DNA of 64,000 bases from Candidatus Omnitrophota bacterium (GCA_023819145.1 JAMWCW010000002.1:11231-75230), one strand, 5' to 3'; shown: positions 1-11,024, numbered from the stretch's first letter. The notes: generated by a model from the sequence alone, not told the origin. Made by a program: numbers and translations.

Positions 1-337
1 GAACAAGGACTGTAGTAACAAATTCTGGCTATAAGGTTGTATTTCAATTGGGGATAAATTTTAGAAATTCTTTTAAAGTAATTTGGTTTTAATTTCGTAA
101 TAATCAAATTTTCTTTTCTTTGCAGAAAATCGTTAATAATAATTAGAAGTTGTTCTATCGTCTTACTGGGAGCATAGATAACTTCAGAAAAACCTTTACG
201 CAAAGCACGGTGTGTGTCGATTTTAGTAAATTCAAGGTTCCGGAAGGGAAGGTTTTTAAGATAATTGGAAAATTCCTCTAAACTAATTTCCTTATTTTTT
301 ATTCTTTTATAGATTTCTTTTATCGTATTTTTCAACT
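1..337 (-). CDS. LarB-like (PurE/AIR-carboxylase family, nickel-pincer cofactor biosynthesis) N-terminal fragment; gene continues beyond window start
   Basis: Own translation of the reverse strand from a TTG at 337..335 gives LKNTIKEIYKRIKNKEISLEEFSNYLKNLPFRNLEFTKIDTHRALRKGFSEVIYAPSKTIEQLL..., which resembles the LarB N-terminal region (E/DxxKxDxHRxLRxGFPEVIxG.GKT). There is no ATG, so it is not in the ORF track, and an in-frame stop lies immediately upstream of the TTG. Confidence 0.45.
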
Positions 338-358
338 ATTCGGTACCTGGTAAAATGT

Positions 359-676
359 CTAAAATTTGAAAATAATTATCAAAAGAAGGATGATTAGAAG
401 TATAATAATAATGTAGAAGTCATAGTAATAGAAAAAATCATAAACTATTTCTTTCCAGGAGTATTTAGAATATTCTCTCATCTTATTTTTCTTTTCCAGA
501 AGAGAAGAAGTGATGTTTTTTCTTTTATACTCTTCAATATCTTTAAGTTTGAAACGCAAAAAATTTCCCCCAATACGATAGGCAATAATTTTACCTTCTT
601 CTGCCAATTTATTTACTTCATCTTCTTTGATACCTAAAATCTTTGCGGTTTCCGTCAGGGTAATGAATTTTTCCAT
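359..676 (-). CDS. excisionase-family (HTH_17/MerR-like) DNA-binding protein with hydrophobic C-terminal tail
   Basis: N-terminal MEKFITLTETAKILGIKEDEVNKLAEEGKIIAYRIGGNFLRFKLKDIEEY is a typical excisionase-type helix-turn-helix. The C-terminus (FYIIIILLIILLLIIIFKF) is a predicted TM or low-complexity segment. Confidence 0.6.
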   Translation of the reverse strand: MEKFITLTETAKILGIKEDEVNKLAEEGKIIAYRIGGNFLRFKLKDIEEYKRKNITSSLLEKKNKMREYSKYSWKEIVYDFFYYYDFYIIIILLIILLLIIIFKF

Positions 677-762
677 TTTTAGAAATTTAATCTACTGATT
701 TACAAATCCTTGCTTTGTTATATCAAGCAGTAAAAATTTTTTAATCCTAAATGAGAAAATGA

Positions 763-1290
763 CTAAGTAAGTTTTCCTGCAGAAATCCAATCGTCAATCT
801 TCGCCTTTTCAAACTTCCAGGTGTTTGCTTCTTTAAAAGCAGGAATTTTCCCCTGTTCTGCCCAACTTGCCAAAGAGGCAACATCTACACTGAGATAGGT
901 TGCTACTTCCTCTAAAGAAAGGAAGGGTTTGGAACTGAGCGATTCAGATGGCATTTGGCATACACCGTTAAATATTGCACCGCGTTCTATTTGTAAAGAA
1001 GGAGATTTTATCTCAGCCTTTACTCTGGCAGGAGGAATTATTTTTAATTCTCGGGAGGCAAGAAGAGTTCCATTTACCTTCCCGGCAACAATAATCTCTT
1101 CACCTAAAATATCCGCTTTTACTTCCGCATTCTCCCCAATAATAAGCAGTCCCTTAGTTTCCAATTTTCCTTCAAATTTTCCTTGAATTCTTAAAGTCAC
1201 CGGATCTTTAAAAACCAAATTGCCCTGCATACTGGCATCGATGTCTAAAATATTGGGTTCTTCCTTCTTACCTTTTTTTAAAACTGCCAT
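763..1290 (-). CDS. bactofilin (DUF583 beta-helix) fused to C-terminal excisionase-type HTH domain
   Basis: Residues ~20-115 show a bactofilin-like beta-helix repeat pattern (LRIQGKFEGKLETKGLLIIGENAEVKADILGEEIIVAGKVNGTL...IKSPSLQIERGAIFNGVCQM). The C-terminus LSLEEVATYLSVDVASLASWAEQGKIPAFKEANTWKFEKAKIDDWI matches an excisionase/MerR-like HTH. Confidence 0.65.
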   Translation of the reverse strand: MAVLKKGKKEEPNILDIDASMQGNLVFKDPVTLRIQGKFEGKLETKGLLIIGENAEVKADILGEEIIVAGKVNGTLLASRELKIIPPARVKAEIKSPSLQIERGAIFNGVCQMPSESLSSKPFLSLEEVATYLSVDVASLASWAEQGKIPAFKEANTWKFEKAKIDDWISAGKLT

Positions 1291-1331
1291 ATTTCTTCAC
1301 CTCCTTCTTTAAATAAAATTTTCCGTCCGTT

Positions 1332-1997
1332 TTATTGTTCCCATTTTGCTTTATAAACCCCCTCTATTTTACCAATTTTATTCAATATTTCATCATCATA
1401 TTTATTAGCCCCAAGTTTAAGCCACATTTTAAAACTTACTTTATTTTCCATAAGTCGAACAATTTCAAAATCTCTTATTTCTACATCATAATGAACGAAT
1501 ATTTTTCTGATTTCTTCAAGTTGTTTTAATTCTCCTCTTGTCTCTACTTCAATAAATTTAAACCAATCCTTTTTTAACCAAGTTCTCTCTAACTTGTTTA
1601 ATAAAACCAGGGCAACGAGGGCTAAAATAGTGGTAAAATAAGCAACCTTGTAAAAACCTGAACCTATTGCTAATCCCAATCCCGCTACCGTCCAGAGACT
1701 AGCAGCAGTAGTTAATCCCCTTACCGAAGCGCGAAAACGGAGAATGGTTCCTGCTCCCAAAAATCCTATTCCACTTACCACCTGGGCAGCAATGCGAGTT
1801 GGGTCTACTTCTGCAAGACCTTTATAGATTTCGTAAAGATGCATGGAAGTAAACATAATTAGACAAGAACCCAGACAAACAAGAATGTGTGTCCTTAATC
1901 CTGCTGCCCGACCATGCGCTTCTCGTTCCAGCCCAATTAAACCTCCTAATATAACTGAGAGGATAAGACGTAAAATAATCTCTTTATCGGAGAGCAT
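1332..1997 (-). CDS. MgtC/SapB family membrane protein
   Basis: N-terminal LRLILSVILGGLIGLEREAHGRAAGLRTHILVCLGSCLIM is the MgtC family signature. C-terminal soluble domain present. Confidence 0.8.
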   Translation of the reverse strand: MLSDKEIILRLILSVILGGLIGLEREAHGRAAGLRTHILVCLGSCLIMFTSMHLYEIYKGLAEVDPTRIAAQVVSGIGFLGAGTILRFRASVRGLTTAASLWTVAGLGLAIGSGFYKVAYFTTILALVALVLLNKLERTWLKKDWFKFIEVETRGELKQLEEIRKIFVHYDVEIRDFEIVRLMENKVSFKMWLKLGANKYDDEILNKIGKIEGVYKAKWEQ

Positions 1998-3015
1998 TTT
2001 CTCCTCCTAGCTCTATAACCGGTTTTGGTTCTAAAGAATAATCAGTTTTTATGTTATCTAGTTTATAAAGTCTATATCCTAATCCTGCAACCATCGCCGC
2101 ATTGTCCATACATAGTTCTCGGCGAGGGAAAAATATTTCTATTCTTTCTCTTTTGGCCATCTCATTCAACCTTTCGCGAAGATAAGAATTTGCGGTTACT
2201 CCTCCTCCTAAGATGAGCCTTCTCGTCTTTTTCATTATACATGCTTGACGAGCTTTTTCAACTAAAACCGAAAAAATACTTTCTTGAAAACTGGCACAGA
2301 TATCGCTAATTTCGTTTACCGTTAAGGGTGTGCCGTTTGCTGTTATTTTCTTTACATGATATAAAACCGCGGTTTTAATACCACTAAAACTAAAATCTAA
2401 AGAATCCTTAAAACTTGCACATTTAAATTTTATTCTACTGTTACCTTTCTTTGCCCATTCTTCGATAGCCGGACCTCCGGGAAAACCTAATCCCAGAATT
2501 TTCGCTACCTTATCAAAAACCTCTCCACACGCATCGTCGCGAGTTTTACCGAGAAGTCTCAAAACATTAAACTCCTTAATATAAAAAAGTTCAGTGTGCC
2601 CTCCGGAAACCACAAGGCCTATAGCAGGAAACTGCGGTTTAAACCCTTTGGTTAAAAACGGTGCATAGAGATGTGCTAAAATATGGTTTACGGGAATCAA
2701 GGGAATATTTAGGCTAAAACTTATTGTTTTCGCCACATTTAAACCAATCATCAATGCTCCCAGAAGCCCTGGGCCATAAGTAGCAGCTACTAAATCTAAA
2801 TCCTTTGGTTCTATTTTTGATTTTTTAAAAACTACGTCAAGAATAGGAATAATAGACTCAAGATGATAACGGCTGGCTGCTTCAGGAATTATTCCTCCGA
2901 ATTTACTGTGAAAATCCAAACTTGAACTTACAATCTGCGAAATAATATTAATTCCTCTCTCCACCACCGCCACAGACGTTTCATCACAAGATGTTTCAAT
3001 ACCTAAAACTAACAT
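1984..3015 (-). CDS. tsaD: tRNA N6-adenosine threonylcarbamoyltransferase TsaD (Kae1/YgjD)
   Basis: MLVLGIETSCDETSVAVV start plus conserved GGGVTANSYLR and metal-binding His motifs (HILAHLY). Confidence 0.95.
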   Translation of the reverse strand: MLVLGIETSCDETSVAVVERGINIISQIVSSSLDFHSKFGGIIPEAASRYHLESIIPILDVVFKKSKIEPKDLDLVAATYGPGLLGALMIGLNVAKTISFSLNIPLIPVNHILAHLYAPFLTKGFKPQFPAIGLVVSGGHTELFYIKEFNVLRLLGKTRDDACGEVFDKVAKILGLGFPGGPAIEEWAKKGNSRIKFKCASFKDSLDFSFSGIKTAVLYHVKKITANGTPLTVNEISDICASFQESIFSVLVEKARQACIMKKTRRLILGGGVTANSYLRERLNEMAKRERIEIFFPRRELCMDNAAMVAGLGYRLYKLDNIKTDYSLEPKPVIELGGENALR

Positions 3016-3017
3016 AT

Positions 3018-4109
3018 TTATTTTAAAAGTTCTGAGAGATAAACAAATTCAATACCCTCCTCCTCCAAAAAAGGAGAGGCTTCTTTAAGGGCTTCTAAAG
3101 TCTTTAAATGCACATGCCCAATCCCAATGGCAAACCCTTTCGTTTGTGCAATGCGAGCAAGTTTATTTAGTTGGTTTTTGATATATTCTACATCATCTAC
3201 ATTATCTAAAAAGACATCACGCTGAACAAACTTTAGGTTCAATGAAGAAGCAATTTCTCGACATACAGAGTTGTTCGTAACCAAGCTATCCAAAAAATAA
3301 AAATTTCTTTTTTTAAGTTCCTTAAGCACTATCCCCATAACTTTTTTATCTTCAGTCGCTCGGGAGCCCTGATGATTGGACACACCTTTTATATTAGGAA
3401 CACTTTTTATGGCACTCTCTAAAATTTTCAATATTTCCTTCTGAGGCATAGAAGTAGTGATTGTGAATTTTTCTTGAGCCTCGGCTTCTTCGTCTTTGGG
3501 TTCCAGAGGAAGATGCAAGATTATTTCTCTACCTTTGTCATTGGCTAAACTGGCAATCTGAGTGGAATAACTTAAATTTGGAAGTATGGAAAATGTAATA
3601 GGCCTATCAAAATTCAGCCAGGAGTCGATATTTCTTATATTGTAGCCAAAATCGTCAATGACAATGGCTACTTTTGCTTTCTTATAAGAAACAGGTACTT
3701 TTATTGTTTCCTTCTTTATTGCCCGCAGCATAAGGGTATAGAGTTTGATATTTCTCAAACCGATATCCATCCGATAAGTATTCTCTTTAACGTTTTTCTC
3801 CCAGAGTAGAATATGTAAACCATTTCTGCGTAATTCTTTTTCTAAAACAGCGCGGAAAGATTCGAAAGAAAAGTCGGAAGATACATTATAGGTTTTGACA
3901 ATAGTCTCAATACGATGAAATCTTATCTTTTTAAACTCATGAACCTCCTTGACCAAGTCGAATGGCTTAATATTAAATTCGGATAAGGCTGTTTTGATAA
4001 AATTGTCTATTTTTGTTATTTTTCTGTTTAATCCATAGGGATTAATAAACAGAAAATAAGAAGGGATTATTATAAGGCCAATAATAATCAGTTTTAATCT
4101 AAAACTCAT
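3018..4109 (-). CDS. divergent polysaccharide deacetylase (YibQ-like, PF04748) with N-terminal TM
   Basis: KVAIVIDDFGYN...ILHLPLEP core typical of the YibQ family. Adjacent to ctpA, as in many bacteria. Confidence 0.65.
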   Translation of the reverse strand: MSFRLKLIIIGLIIIPSYFLFINPYGLNRKITKIDNFIKTALSEFNIKPFDLVKEVHEFKKIRFHRIETIVKTYNVSSDFSFESFRAVLEKELRRNGLHILLWEKNVKENTYRMDIGLRNIKLYTLMLRAIKKETIKVPVSYKKAKVAIVIDDFGYNIRNIDSWLNFDRPITFSILPNLSYSTQIASLANDKGREIILHLPLEPKDEEAEAQEKFTITTSMPQKEILKILESAIKSVPNIKGVSNHQGSRATEDKKVMGIVLKELKKRNFYFLDSLVTNNSVCREIASSLNLKFVQRDVFLDNVDDVEYIKNQLNKLARIAQTKGFAIGIGHVHLKTLEALKEASPFLEEEGIEFVYLSELLK

Positions 4110-4112
4110 AAC

Positions 4113-5402
4113 TTATTTTTTCATCCAACGGCTGTAGACTTTTAAACCCTTAAGCAGGTCAATAGCACGTTGAACCTGGTTGTCATAAGCGATGTTTTTA
4201 TCTTCTAAGATTATTTCTTCTTTTTGTTTTTCTATCTGTTCAAATATCTGTTCTGGTTTAAGTGTATTTTTCTTCTCTTTTACTTCAGTTTCTTCAACAA
4301 GTAGAACTTCTACATCAGGTGAAATACCGACACCATGTATAGGGTTACCACCAGGCGTAAAATATTTAGAGGTAGTAAGTCTTACAGCCGAGCCGTCTTT
4401 TAACGGAATAACCGTTTGAACCGATCCCTTGCCAAAGGTTTTATTTCCTAAAAGAATAGCACGATTATGGTCACGTAAACAACCAGCAACAATCTCGGAA
4501 GCAGAGGCACTTCCTTCGTTAATTAATACTACCATGGGATAATCAAGATGAGGCTTTTTTACACGAGCAAAAAACTCTAAATTTTGGTTGGCGATTCTGC
4601 CTTTAGTAAAGACTATTAATTTCCCCGGTTCTATAAACTTCTCTGCTACCGCTACTGCTGAATCTAGTAATCCTCCGGGATTATTTCTTAAATCTAAAAC
4701 CAAACCCTCTATACCTTCTGATTCGAGTTTATTCAACGCCTCTTCTAAATCTTGAGAGGTTCTCTCCTGAAATTCTACTAATCTTATATAGCCAATTTTA
4801 TCTTCAATTAATTTTACCCCTTTAATACTATCTATTTTTATCACCGCACGTTCAATAGTAAAATCAAGGAGTTTTTTATCCTCTTCGCGTAAGACAGTAA
4901 GCTCGACTTTTGTTCCAGGTTCGCCTCTTAATTTTTTAACCGCATCAACTAAATTAATTCCCTTCGTAGATTTACCATCTATCTTTACGATACGGTCTCC
5001 TGCTTTAAGTCCTGCTTTGTCTGCCGGTGTCCCATCTATAGGAGAAATGATTGTAAGCAGTTCATCTTTTATAGAAATAACTATCCCCAAACCTCCAAAT
5101 TCTCCTTCGGTTTCTACCTTTATCTCATTGTATGTGTCCGGATCGAGAAATTGACTGTGCGGGTCAAGAGAAGAGAGCATTCCCTTTAGTGCTCCGTAAA
5201 TTAAATCTTTGGTTTTAACCTCTTCTACATAATTTGAGTGTACCAAAGAAATAGTTTCAGCAAATAGTTCTAACTGTTGATATACATCGGTGTTTTTCTT
5301 GGAATCTTCTTTAGAAAGCTTTATCTTTGCATCCGACTTTAAGGCAAAAAATAGATAAATTGCCAGTATTATAAGCACTGAACCCAACAGTTTCCTACGC
5401 AT
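4113..5402 (-). CDS. ctpA: carboxy-terminal processing protease (S41 peptidase) with PDZ domain
   Basis: PDZ (GLKAGDRIVKIDG), Ser nucleophile region GSASASEI and TFGKGSVQ Lys motif. Confidence 0.9.
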   Translation of the reverse strand: MRRKLLGSVLIILAIYLFFALKSDAKIKLSKEDSKKNTDVYQQLELFAETISLVHSNYVEEVKTKDLIYGALKGMLSSLDPHSQFLDPDTYNEIKVETEGEFGGLGIVISIKDELLTIISPIDGTPADKAGLKAGDRIVKIDGKSTKGINLVDAVKKLRGEPGTKVELTVLREEDKKLLDFTIERAVIKIDSIKGVKLIEDKIGYIRLVEFQERTSQDLEEALNKLESEGIEGLVLDLRNNPGGLLDSAVAVAEKFIEPGKLIVFTKGRIANQNLEFFARVKKPHLDYPMVVLINEGSASASEIVAGCLRDHNRAILLGNKTFGKGSVQTVIPLKDGSAVRLTTSKYFTPGGNPIHGVGISPDVEVLLVEETEVKEKKNTLKPEQIFEQIEKQKEEIILEDKNIAYDNQVQRAIDLLKGLKVYSRWMKK

Positions 5403-6831
5403 TGTCCCCCCCTTTCTTCAATTTTGTTTTTAACAATGTGTTTACCCTTACCGGATCGGCTTTGCCTTTGGTTTGCTTCATTACCTGTCCTACAAGAAAC
5501 ATAATAGCATTTTCTTTACCTTTTAAATAATCGTTAACAGAATTAGGATTATTTTTTATAACCTCATCGACTATCTTCTCTAAATCAGATTCGTCAGAGA
5601 TTAAAAAAAGATTCTTTTCTTTTATTATTGTATCAGCATCCTTATTAGTATCCAACATAATTCTCAAGACATCCTTGGCAGTATTACGACTAATCTGTTT
5701 TGCCTGAAGAATCTTTAAAAGACCAATTAGCTTTTCAGATTCTAAGGTGAATTCTTCAATAGGAATTTTCTTCTCGTTTAAATAAGCAAGAACTTCAGTT
5801 GTTAACCAGTTGCTAATCTCTTTGGGATAAGGATATAACTTTGCGCAGGATTCGAAGTAATCTGCCAAGTATTTTGAACGAGTCAGAACTTCTGCATCAT
5901 AAAAAGAAAGACTGTACTCTTTTTGGAAACGTAAACAGCGTTGACGAGGAAACTCGGGAAGAGTATCTTTTATTGACTTTATAACTTTTTCATCAACAGT
6001 AAAAATAACCAAGTCAGGATCAGGAAAGTAACGATAATCATGAGCTTCTTCTTTTGTACGCATCGAGATAGTAATTCCTTCCTCCGCATCCCATAGTCGG
6101 GTTTCCTGAATAACTCTTTCCCCACCATCAAGAATTTTTCTTTGTCGAGAAATTTCAAAATCTAAAGCATCCCTTACCGCCTTAAAAGAATTCATATTCT
6201 TAAGCTCTGTCTTTATACCTAATACTGAAGACCCTTTTTTACGTAAAGAGACATTTGCATCACAACGCAAAGAACCTTTTTCCATATTGCAATCAGAAAC
6301 TTCCAAATATTCTAAAACAGATTTAAGATTTACAAGATATTCGTACGCTTCTTCCGCGGAGTTTATATCGGGTTCAGTAACTATTTCCAAAAGAGGAACA
6401 CCTGCGCGATTATAATCTACAAGGCTATATTCTGGGGTATGGATAAGTTTACCCGCATCCTCTTCTAAATGCACTCTCTTTATACGTATCCGTTTATTTT
6501 TTGTTTCCGTATCAATTTCTAGGTAACCATTTATAGAAAGAGGCATATCATATTGGGAAATCTGATAGTTTTTAGGAAGGTCGGGGTAATAATAATTCTT
6601 ACGGTCAAATTTAAAAAACTCTTTTACTTCACAATTCAAGGCTAAGGCAACTTTAAGGGCATATTCTAAAGCTTTTTTATTTAAAACGGGCAAACTACCA
6701 GGCAAGCCAAGGCATACGGGACAGACAAGAGTATTAGGTTCTGCTCCAAAACTATTAGCACATCCACAAAAAGCCTTAGTTTTGGTCTTTAACTGTAAAT
6801 GGACCTCTAAACCAATAACCGTTTCATACAT
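5395..6831 (-). CDS. gatB: Asp-tRNA(Asn)/Glu-tRNA(Gln) amidotransferase subunit B
   Basis: MYETVIGLEVHLQLKTKTKAFCGC N-terminus and overall GatB architecture with C-terminal YqeY-like domain. Confidence 0.95.
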   Translation of the reverse strand: MYETVIGLEVHLQLKTKTKAFCGCANSFGAEPNTLVCPVCLGLPGSLPVLNKKALEYALKVALALNCEVKEFFKFDRKNYYYPDLPKNYQISQYDMPLSINGYLEIDTETKNKRIRIKRVHLEEDAGKLIHTPEYSLVDYNRAGVPLLEIVTEPDINSAEEAYEYLVNLKSVLEYLEVSDCNMEKGSLRCDANVSLRKKGSSVLGIKTELKNMNSFKAVRDALDFEISRQRKILDGGERVIQETRLWDAEEGITISMRTKEEAHDYRYFPDPDLVIFTVDEKVIKSIKDTLPEFPRQRCLRFQKEYSLSFYDAEVLTRSKYLADYFESCAKLYPYPKEISNWLTTEVLAYLNEKKIPIEEFTLESEKLIGLLKILQAKQISRNTAKDVLRIMLDTNKDADTIIKEKNLFLISDESDLEKIVDEVIKNNPNSVNDYLKGKENAIMFLVGQVMKQTKGKADPVRVNTLLKTKLKKGGDNA

Positions 6832-6896
6832 ATTAAATTGTTATATTATTTAATTGCTGAATTGCCAAAGTATAAACTCAGTTATTCAGTTACAAT

Positions 6897-8372
6897 TTAC
6901 AACTTCGGTTTCTTATAGTGCCAATCTGTATTTTGTTCATAAGTATATGCGAGACGGAAAATAGTTTCTTCATCAAACGGTTTTCCAATAAGCTGCATTC
7001 CAATAGGAAGCTGGTCATTAGTAAAACCGCAAGGCAGAGATATAGCCGGTACTCCAGCAAGATTTACCGAAATGGTATAGATATCCGAAAGATACATTGC
7101 CAAAGGGTTTTCTGTCTTCTCTCCCATTCTAAAAGGGGGTGTGGGCGATGTAGGAGTAAGGATTATATCGCATTCTTTAAATGCTTCTTCAAAATCCTTT
7201 CTGATAAGCGTTCTTACTTTAAGAGCCCTTAAATAATAGGCATCGTAATAGCCATGGGAAAGCACATAAGTCCCGAGCATAATTCTTCGCTTAGCTTCTG
7301 CTCCAAAACCTTCTTTTCTTGTCCGGCTATAAAACTGAATAATATCGTTAACCGAGGATATATCTTTAGTACGGTATCCATATTGAACTCCATCAAAACG
7401 GGCAAGATTAGAACTTGCTTCGGCAGTGGCAATTATATAATAAGTAGCTACTGCATACTCCGTGTGAGGAAGAGAAACTTCTTTTACTTCTGCCTTCAAA
7501 TCTTTTATCAAAGTGATTGCCTCCTCTATTGCTTTTTTCACTTCTTTATCAATTCCCTCCAAAAAATATTCACGAGGAACACCGATTTTCATCCCTCTTA
7601 TATCTTTGACCAATGCTTTTGTATAGTCAGGGACAGGTATATTAACGGAAGTAGAATCTTTTTCGTCATATCCAGCAATTACATTCATAAGTAAAGCGCA
7701 ATCTTTAACATCTTTAGTGAGTGGACCGATCTGGTCAAGACTGGAGGCAAAAGCTACCAGACCATAACGCGAAACCCTTCCATAGGTAGGCTTAAGTCCC
7801 ACTATCCCGCAGAAACTGGCAGGCTGTCTTATGGAACCTCCGGTATCGGAACCTAAACTTGCTACAGTTTCGTCGCTGGCTACAGCAGCTGCCGATCCCC
7901 CACTAGAACCTCCGGGAACACAAGAGGTATTCCAAGGATTATGTGTTGGCCCATAAAAAGAAGTTTCGCAGGAGGAACCAAAGGCAAACTCATCCATATT
8001 TGCCTTACCAAAAAGAATTGCCCCTTCTCTTTTTAATCTTTCTACTACTGTAGCGTCATAGGGAGGAGAAAACCCTCCCAAAATTTTGGAAGCACAAGTG
8101 GTTGGTTCATCTTTTACACAAATATTATCCTTGATAGTTACAGGAATTCCTTTCAATTTTCCTTCTTTTTGAGGAATATTTTCTAATTCTTTAGTTATTT
8201 TTTCTCGGTTAAAATGCACAAAGGCTTTTATTTTAGGCTCAATCTTTTCAATGTGCGAGAATAAACAATCTATAACTTCCTTTGGATTTAGTTCTTTTGT
8301 TCTATACAATTCTAAAAGTCTATGTATCTTAAGATTTTCTATATTTATGGGCATTCTTTTATCTGTGCTCAT
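6897..8372 (-). CDS. gatA: Asp-tRNA(Asn)/Glu-tRNA(Gln) amidotransferase subunit A
   Basis: Amidase signature GGSSGGSAAAVA, 491 aa, immediately downstream of gatC. Confidence 0.95.
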   Translation of the reverse strand: MSTDKRMPINIENLKIHRLLELYRTKELNPKEVIDCLFSHIEKIEPKIKAFVHFNREKITKELENIPQKEGKLKGIPVTIKDNICVKDEPTTCASKILGGFSPPYDATVVERLKREGAILFGKANMDEFAFGSSCETSFYGPTHNPWNTSCVPGGSSGGSAAAVASDETVASLGSDTGGSIRQPASFCGIVGLKPTYGRVSRYGLVAFASSLDQIGPLTKDVKDCALLMNVIAGYDEKDSTSVNIPVPDYTKALVKDIRGMKIGVPREYFLEGIDKEVKKAIEEAITLIKDLKAEVKEVSLPHTEYAVATYYIIATAEASSNLARFDGVQYGYRTKDISSVNDIIQFYSRTRKEGFGAEAKRRIMLGTYVLSHGYYDAYYLRALKVRTLIRKDFEEAFKECDIILTPTSPTPPFRMGEKTENPLAMYLSDIYTISVNLAGVPAISLPCGFTNDQLPIGMQLIGKPFDEETIFRLAYTYEQNTDWHYKKPKL

Positions 8373-8374
8373 TT

Positions 8375-8689
8375 TTACTCATTTTTTTCAAACAGCATTT
8401 CACACTCAATTATTTTAGGAACTTTAAATTGATTATTCTTTTTATCAGGTGCCATTTTCACTACTGTTTCTATGCTAAGTGATGGTTTTATTTGATCCTC
8501 CCGCAAAACATTTTTTAAAGGAAGAACTCCGGTGGTTGGTTCGACTCCTTTTACGTCTAATTCTCTAAGTTTATTGATGTACTCTAAAATTTTATCTAGC
8601 TGGGAAGTATAACAAGAAAGTTCTTCAGGAGTAAGTTCGATACGTGCTAACTTTGCAATATGTCCTACTTCTTTTAGGGTAATTGCCAT
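8375..8689 (-). CDS. gatC: Asp-tRNA(Asn)/Glu-tRNA(Gln) amidotransferase subunit C
   Basis: MAITLKEVGHIAKLARIELTPEEL...LDKILEYINKLRELDV typical of GatC; gatCAB order. Confidence 0.85.
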   Translation of the reverse strand: MAITLKEVGHIAKLARIELTPEELSCYTSQLDKILEYINKLRELDVKGVEPTTGVLPLKNVLREDQIKPSLSIETVVKMAPDKKNNQFKVPKIIECEMLFEKNE

Positions 8690-8794
8690 ATTTCTTTTAA
8701 TAAAAAAGCGATAATTTTGTTTTTTTATATACGGCAGTTGAGTTGCAATTATCTTTCTAAGATAGTTTCTTTAAAGATTATCGAATTAGTGGAT

Positions 8795-8823
8795 TATAAC
8801 ACAAGGTATAAAATTCTTCAAAT
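8795..8823 (-). promoter_or_regulatory. candidate sigma70-type promoter for gatC operon (-35 TTGAAG, 17-nt spacer, extended -10 TGtTATAAT)
   Basis: On the minus strand TTGAAG (8823..8818), a 17-nt spacer, then TATAAT (8800..8795) preceded by TGT. It lies ~105 nt upstream of the gatC start. Confidence 0.35.
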
Positions 8824-8824
8824 A

Positions 8825-8858
8825 TAAAAAGCCCTGACATTTCGCCAGGGCTTTTTAT
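8825..8858 (-). terminator. rho-independent terminator downstream of groEL
   Basis: GC stem GCCCTG(8831-8836)/CAGGGC(8846-8851) with 9-nt loop, flanked by an A-run and a T-run, ~45 nt after the groEL stop. Confidence 0.65.
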
Positions 8859-8899
8859 TATAAAACACACTTTTAGAAAGAACTGCTTCGCTAATCAGA

Positions 8900-10537
<1,638 letters not shown>

Positions 10538-10611
10538 TTATCCTTATCGTAATCCAAAACTCAAAACTCTAAATCCTAACATTAGAACTTAGAGTTTTTG
10601 GGTGTTAGGGT

Positions 10612-10932
10612 TTATGATTTAATTATTGCCAAGATATCTTCTTCTCTTAAAATAAGATATTCTTGTTCATCGATGGTAATTTCTGTACCCGAATATTTAC
10701 CATAAAGAATCTTATCTCCCACTTTTACTTCTAAAGCGCGTAACTCTCCATTCTCTAATACATGACCTTTACCCACTGCCACCACTTCTGCTTCTTGAGG
10801 CTTCTCCTTGGCGGTATCTGGAAGCACTATCCCACTTTTTGTTTTACTCCCTGATTCTAAAGGCTTTACTAAGACACGGTCTCCCAAAGGCTGGACATTT
10901 ACTTTGTTAATTTTAGTAGCTGTTTCCGCCAT
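10612..10932 (-). CDS. groS: co-chaperonin GroES
   Basis: [10 protein letters not shown]...[12 protein letters not shown] motif, 106 aa, immediately upstream of groEL. Confidence 0.95.
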   Translation of the reverse strand: MAETATKINKVNVQPLGDRVLVKPLESGSKTKSGIVLPDTAKEKPQEAEVVAVGKGHVLENGELRALEVKVGDKILYGKYSGTEITIDEQEYLILREEDILAIIKS

Positions 10933-10954
10933 ACTTCATCCCTCCTTTCTCTTG

Positions 10955-10981
10955 TTAGCACTTAGTTTAAATGAGTGCTAA
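10955..10981. promoter_or_regulatory. CIRCE operator (HrcA binding site) in groES 5' leader
   Basis: TTAGCACTT-AGTTTAAAT-GAGTGCTAA matches the CIRCE consensus TTAGCACTC-N9-GAGTGCTAA with 9-bp arms and a 9-nt spacer, ~22 nt upstream of the groES ATG. Confidence 0.85.
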
Positions 10982-10995
10982 AATCTTGGTAAAAA

Positions 10996-11024
10996 ATTTT
11001 AAACTAAGTTCCCTTAAAATGCAA
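10996..11024 (-). promoter_or_regulatory. candidate sigma70-type promoter for groES-groEL (-35 TTGCAT, 17 nt, -10 TAAAAT)
   Basis: On the minus strand TTGCAT (11024..11019), 17-nt spacer, TAAAAT (11001..10996), ~14 nt upstream of CIRCE. Confidence 0.5.

Noticed and set aside
929-1186. Plus-strand ORFs antisense to annotated minus-strand genes (e.g. 929..1186, 4192..4419, 6918..7232, 7254..7694, 22542..22832, 29356..29832, 60032..60592 and the other short plus-strand ORFs in the track)
   Set aside because: Each lies entirely within a well-supported conserved minus-strand gene. Translations are low-complexity (S/F/I/L-rich), as expected for reverse frames of AT-rich K/E-rich genes. None has a recognisable RBS.
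359-1290. Integrated mobile element suggested by two excisionase-family HTH genes
   Set aside because: No integrase, recombinase, transposase, tRNA attachment site or direct repeats are visible. The neighbours are housekeeping genes in the same orientation with tight junctions.
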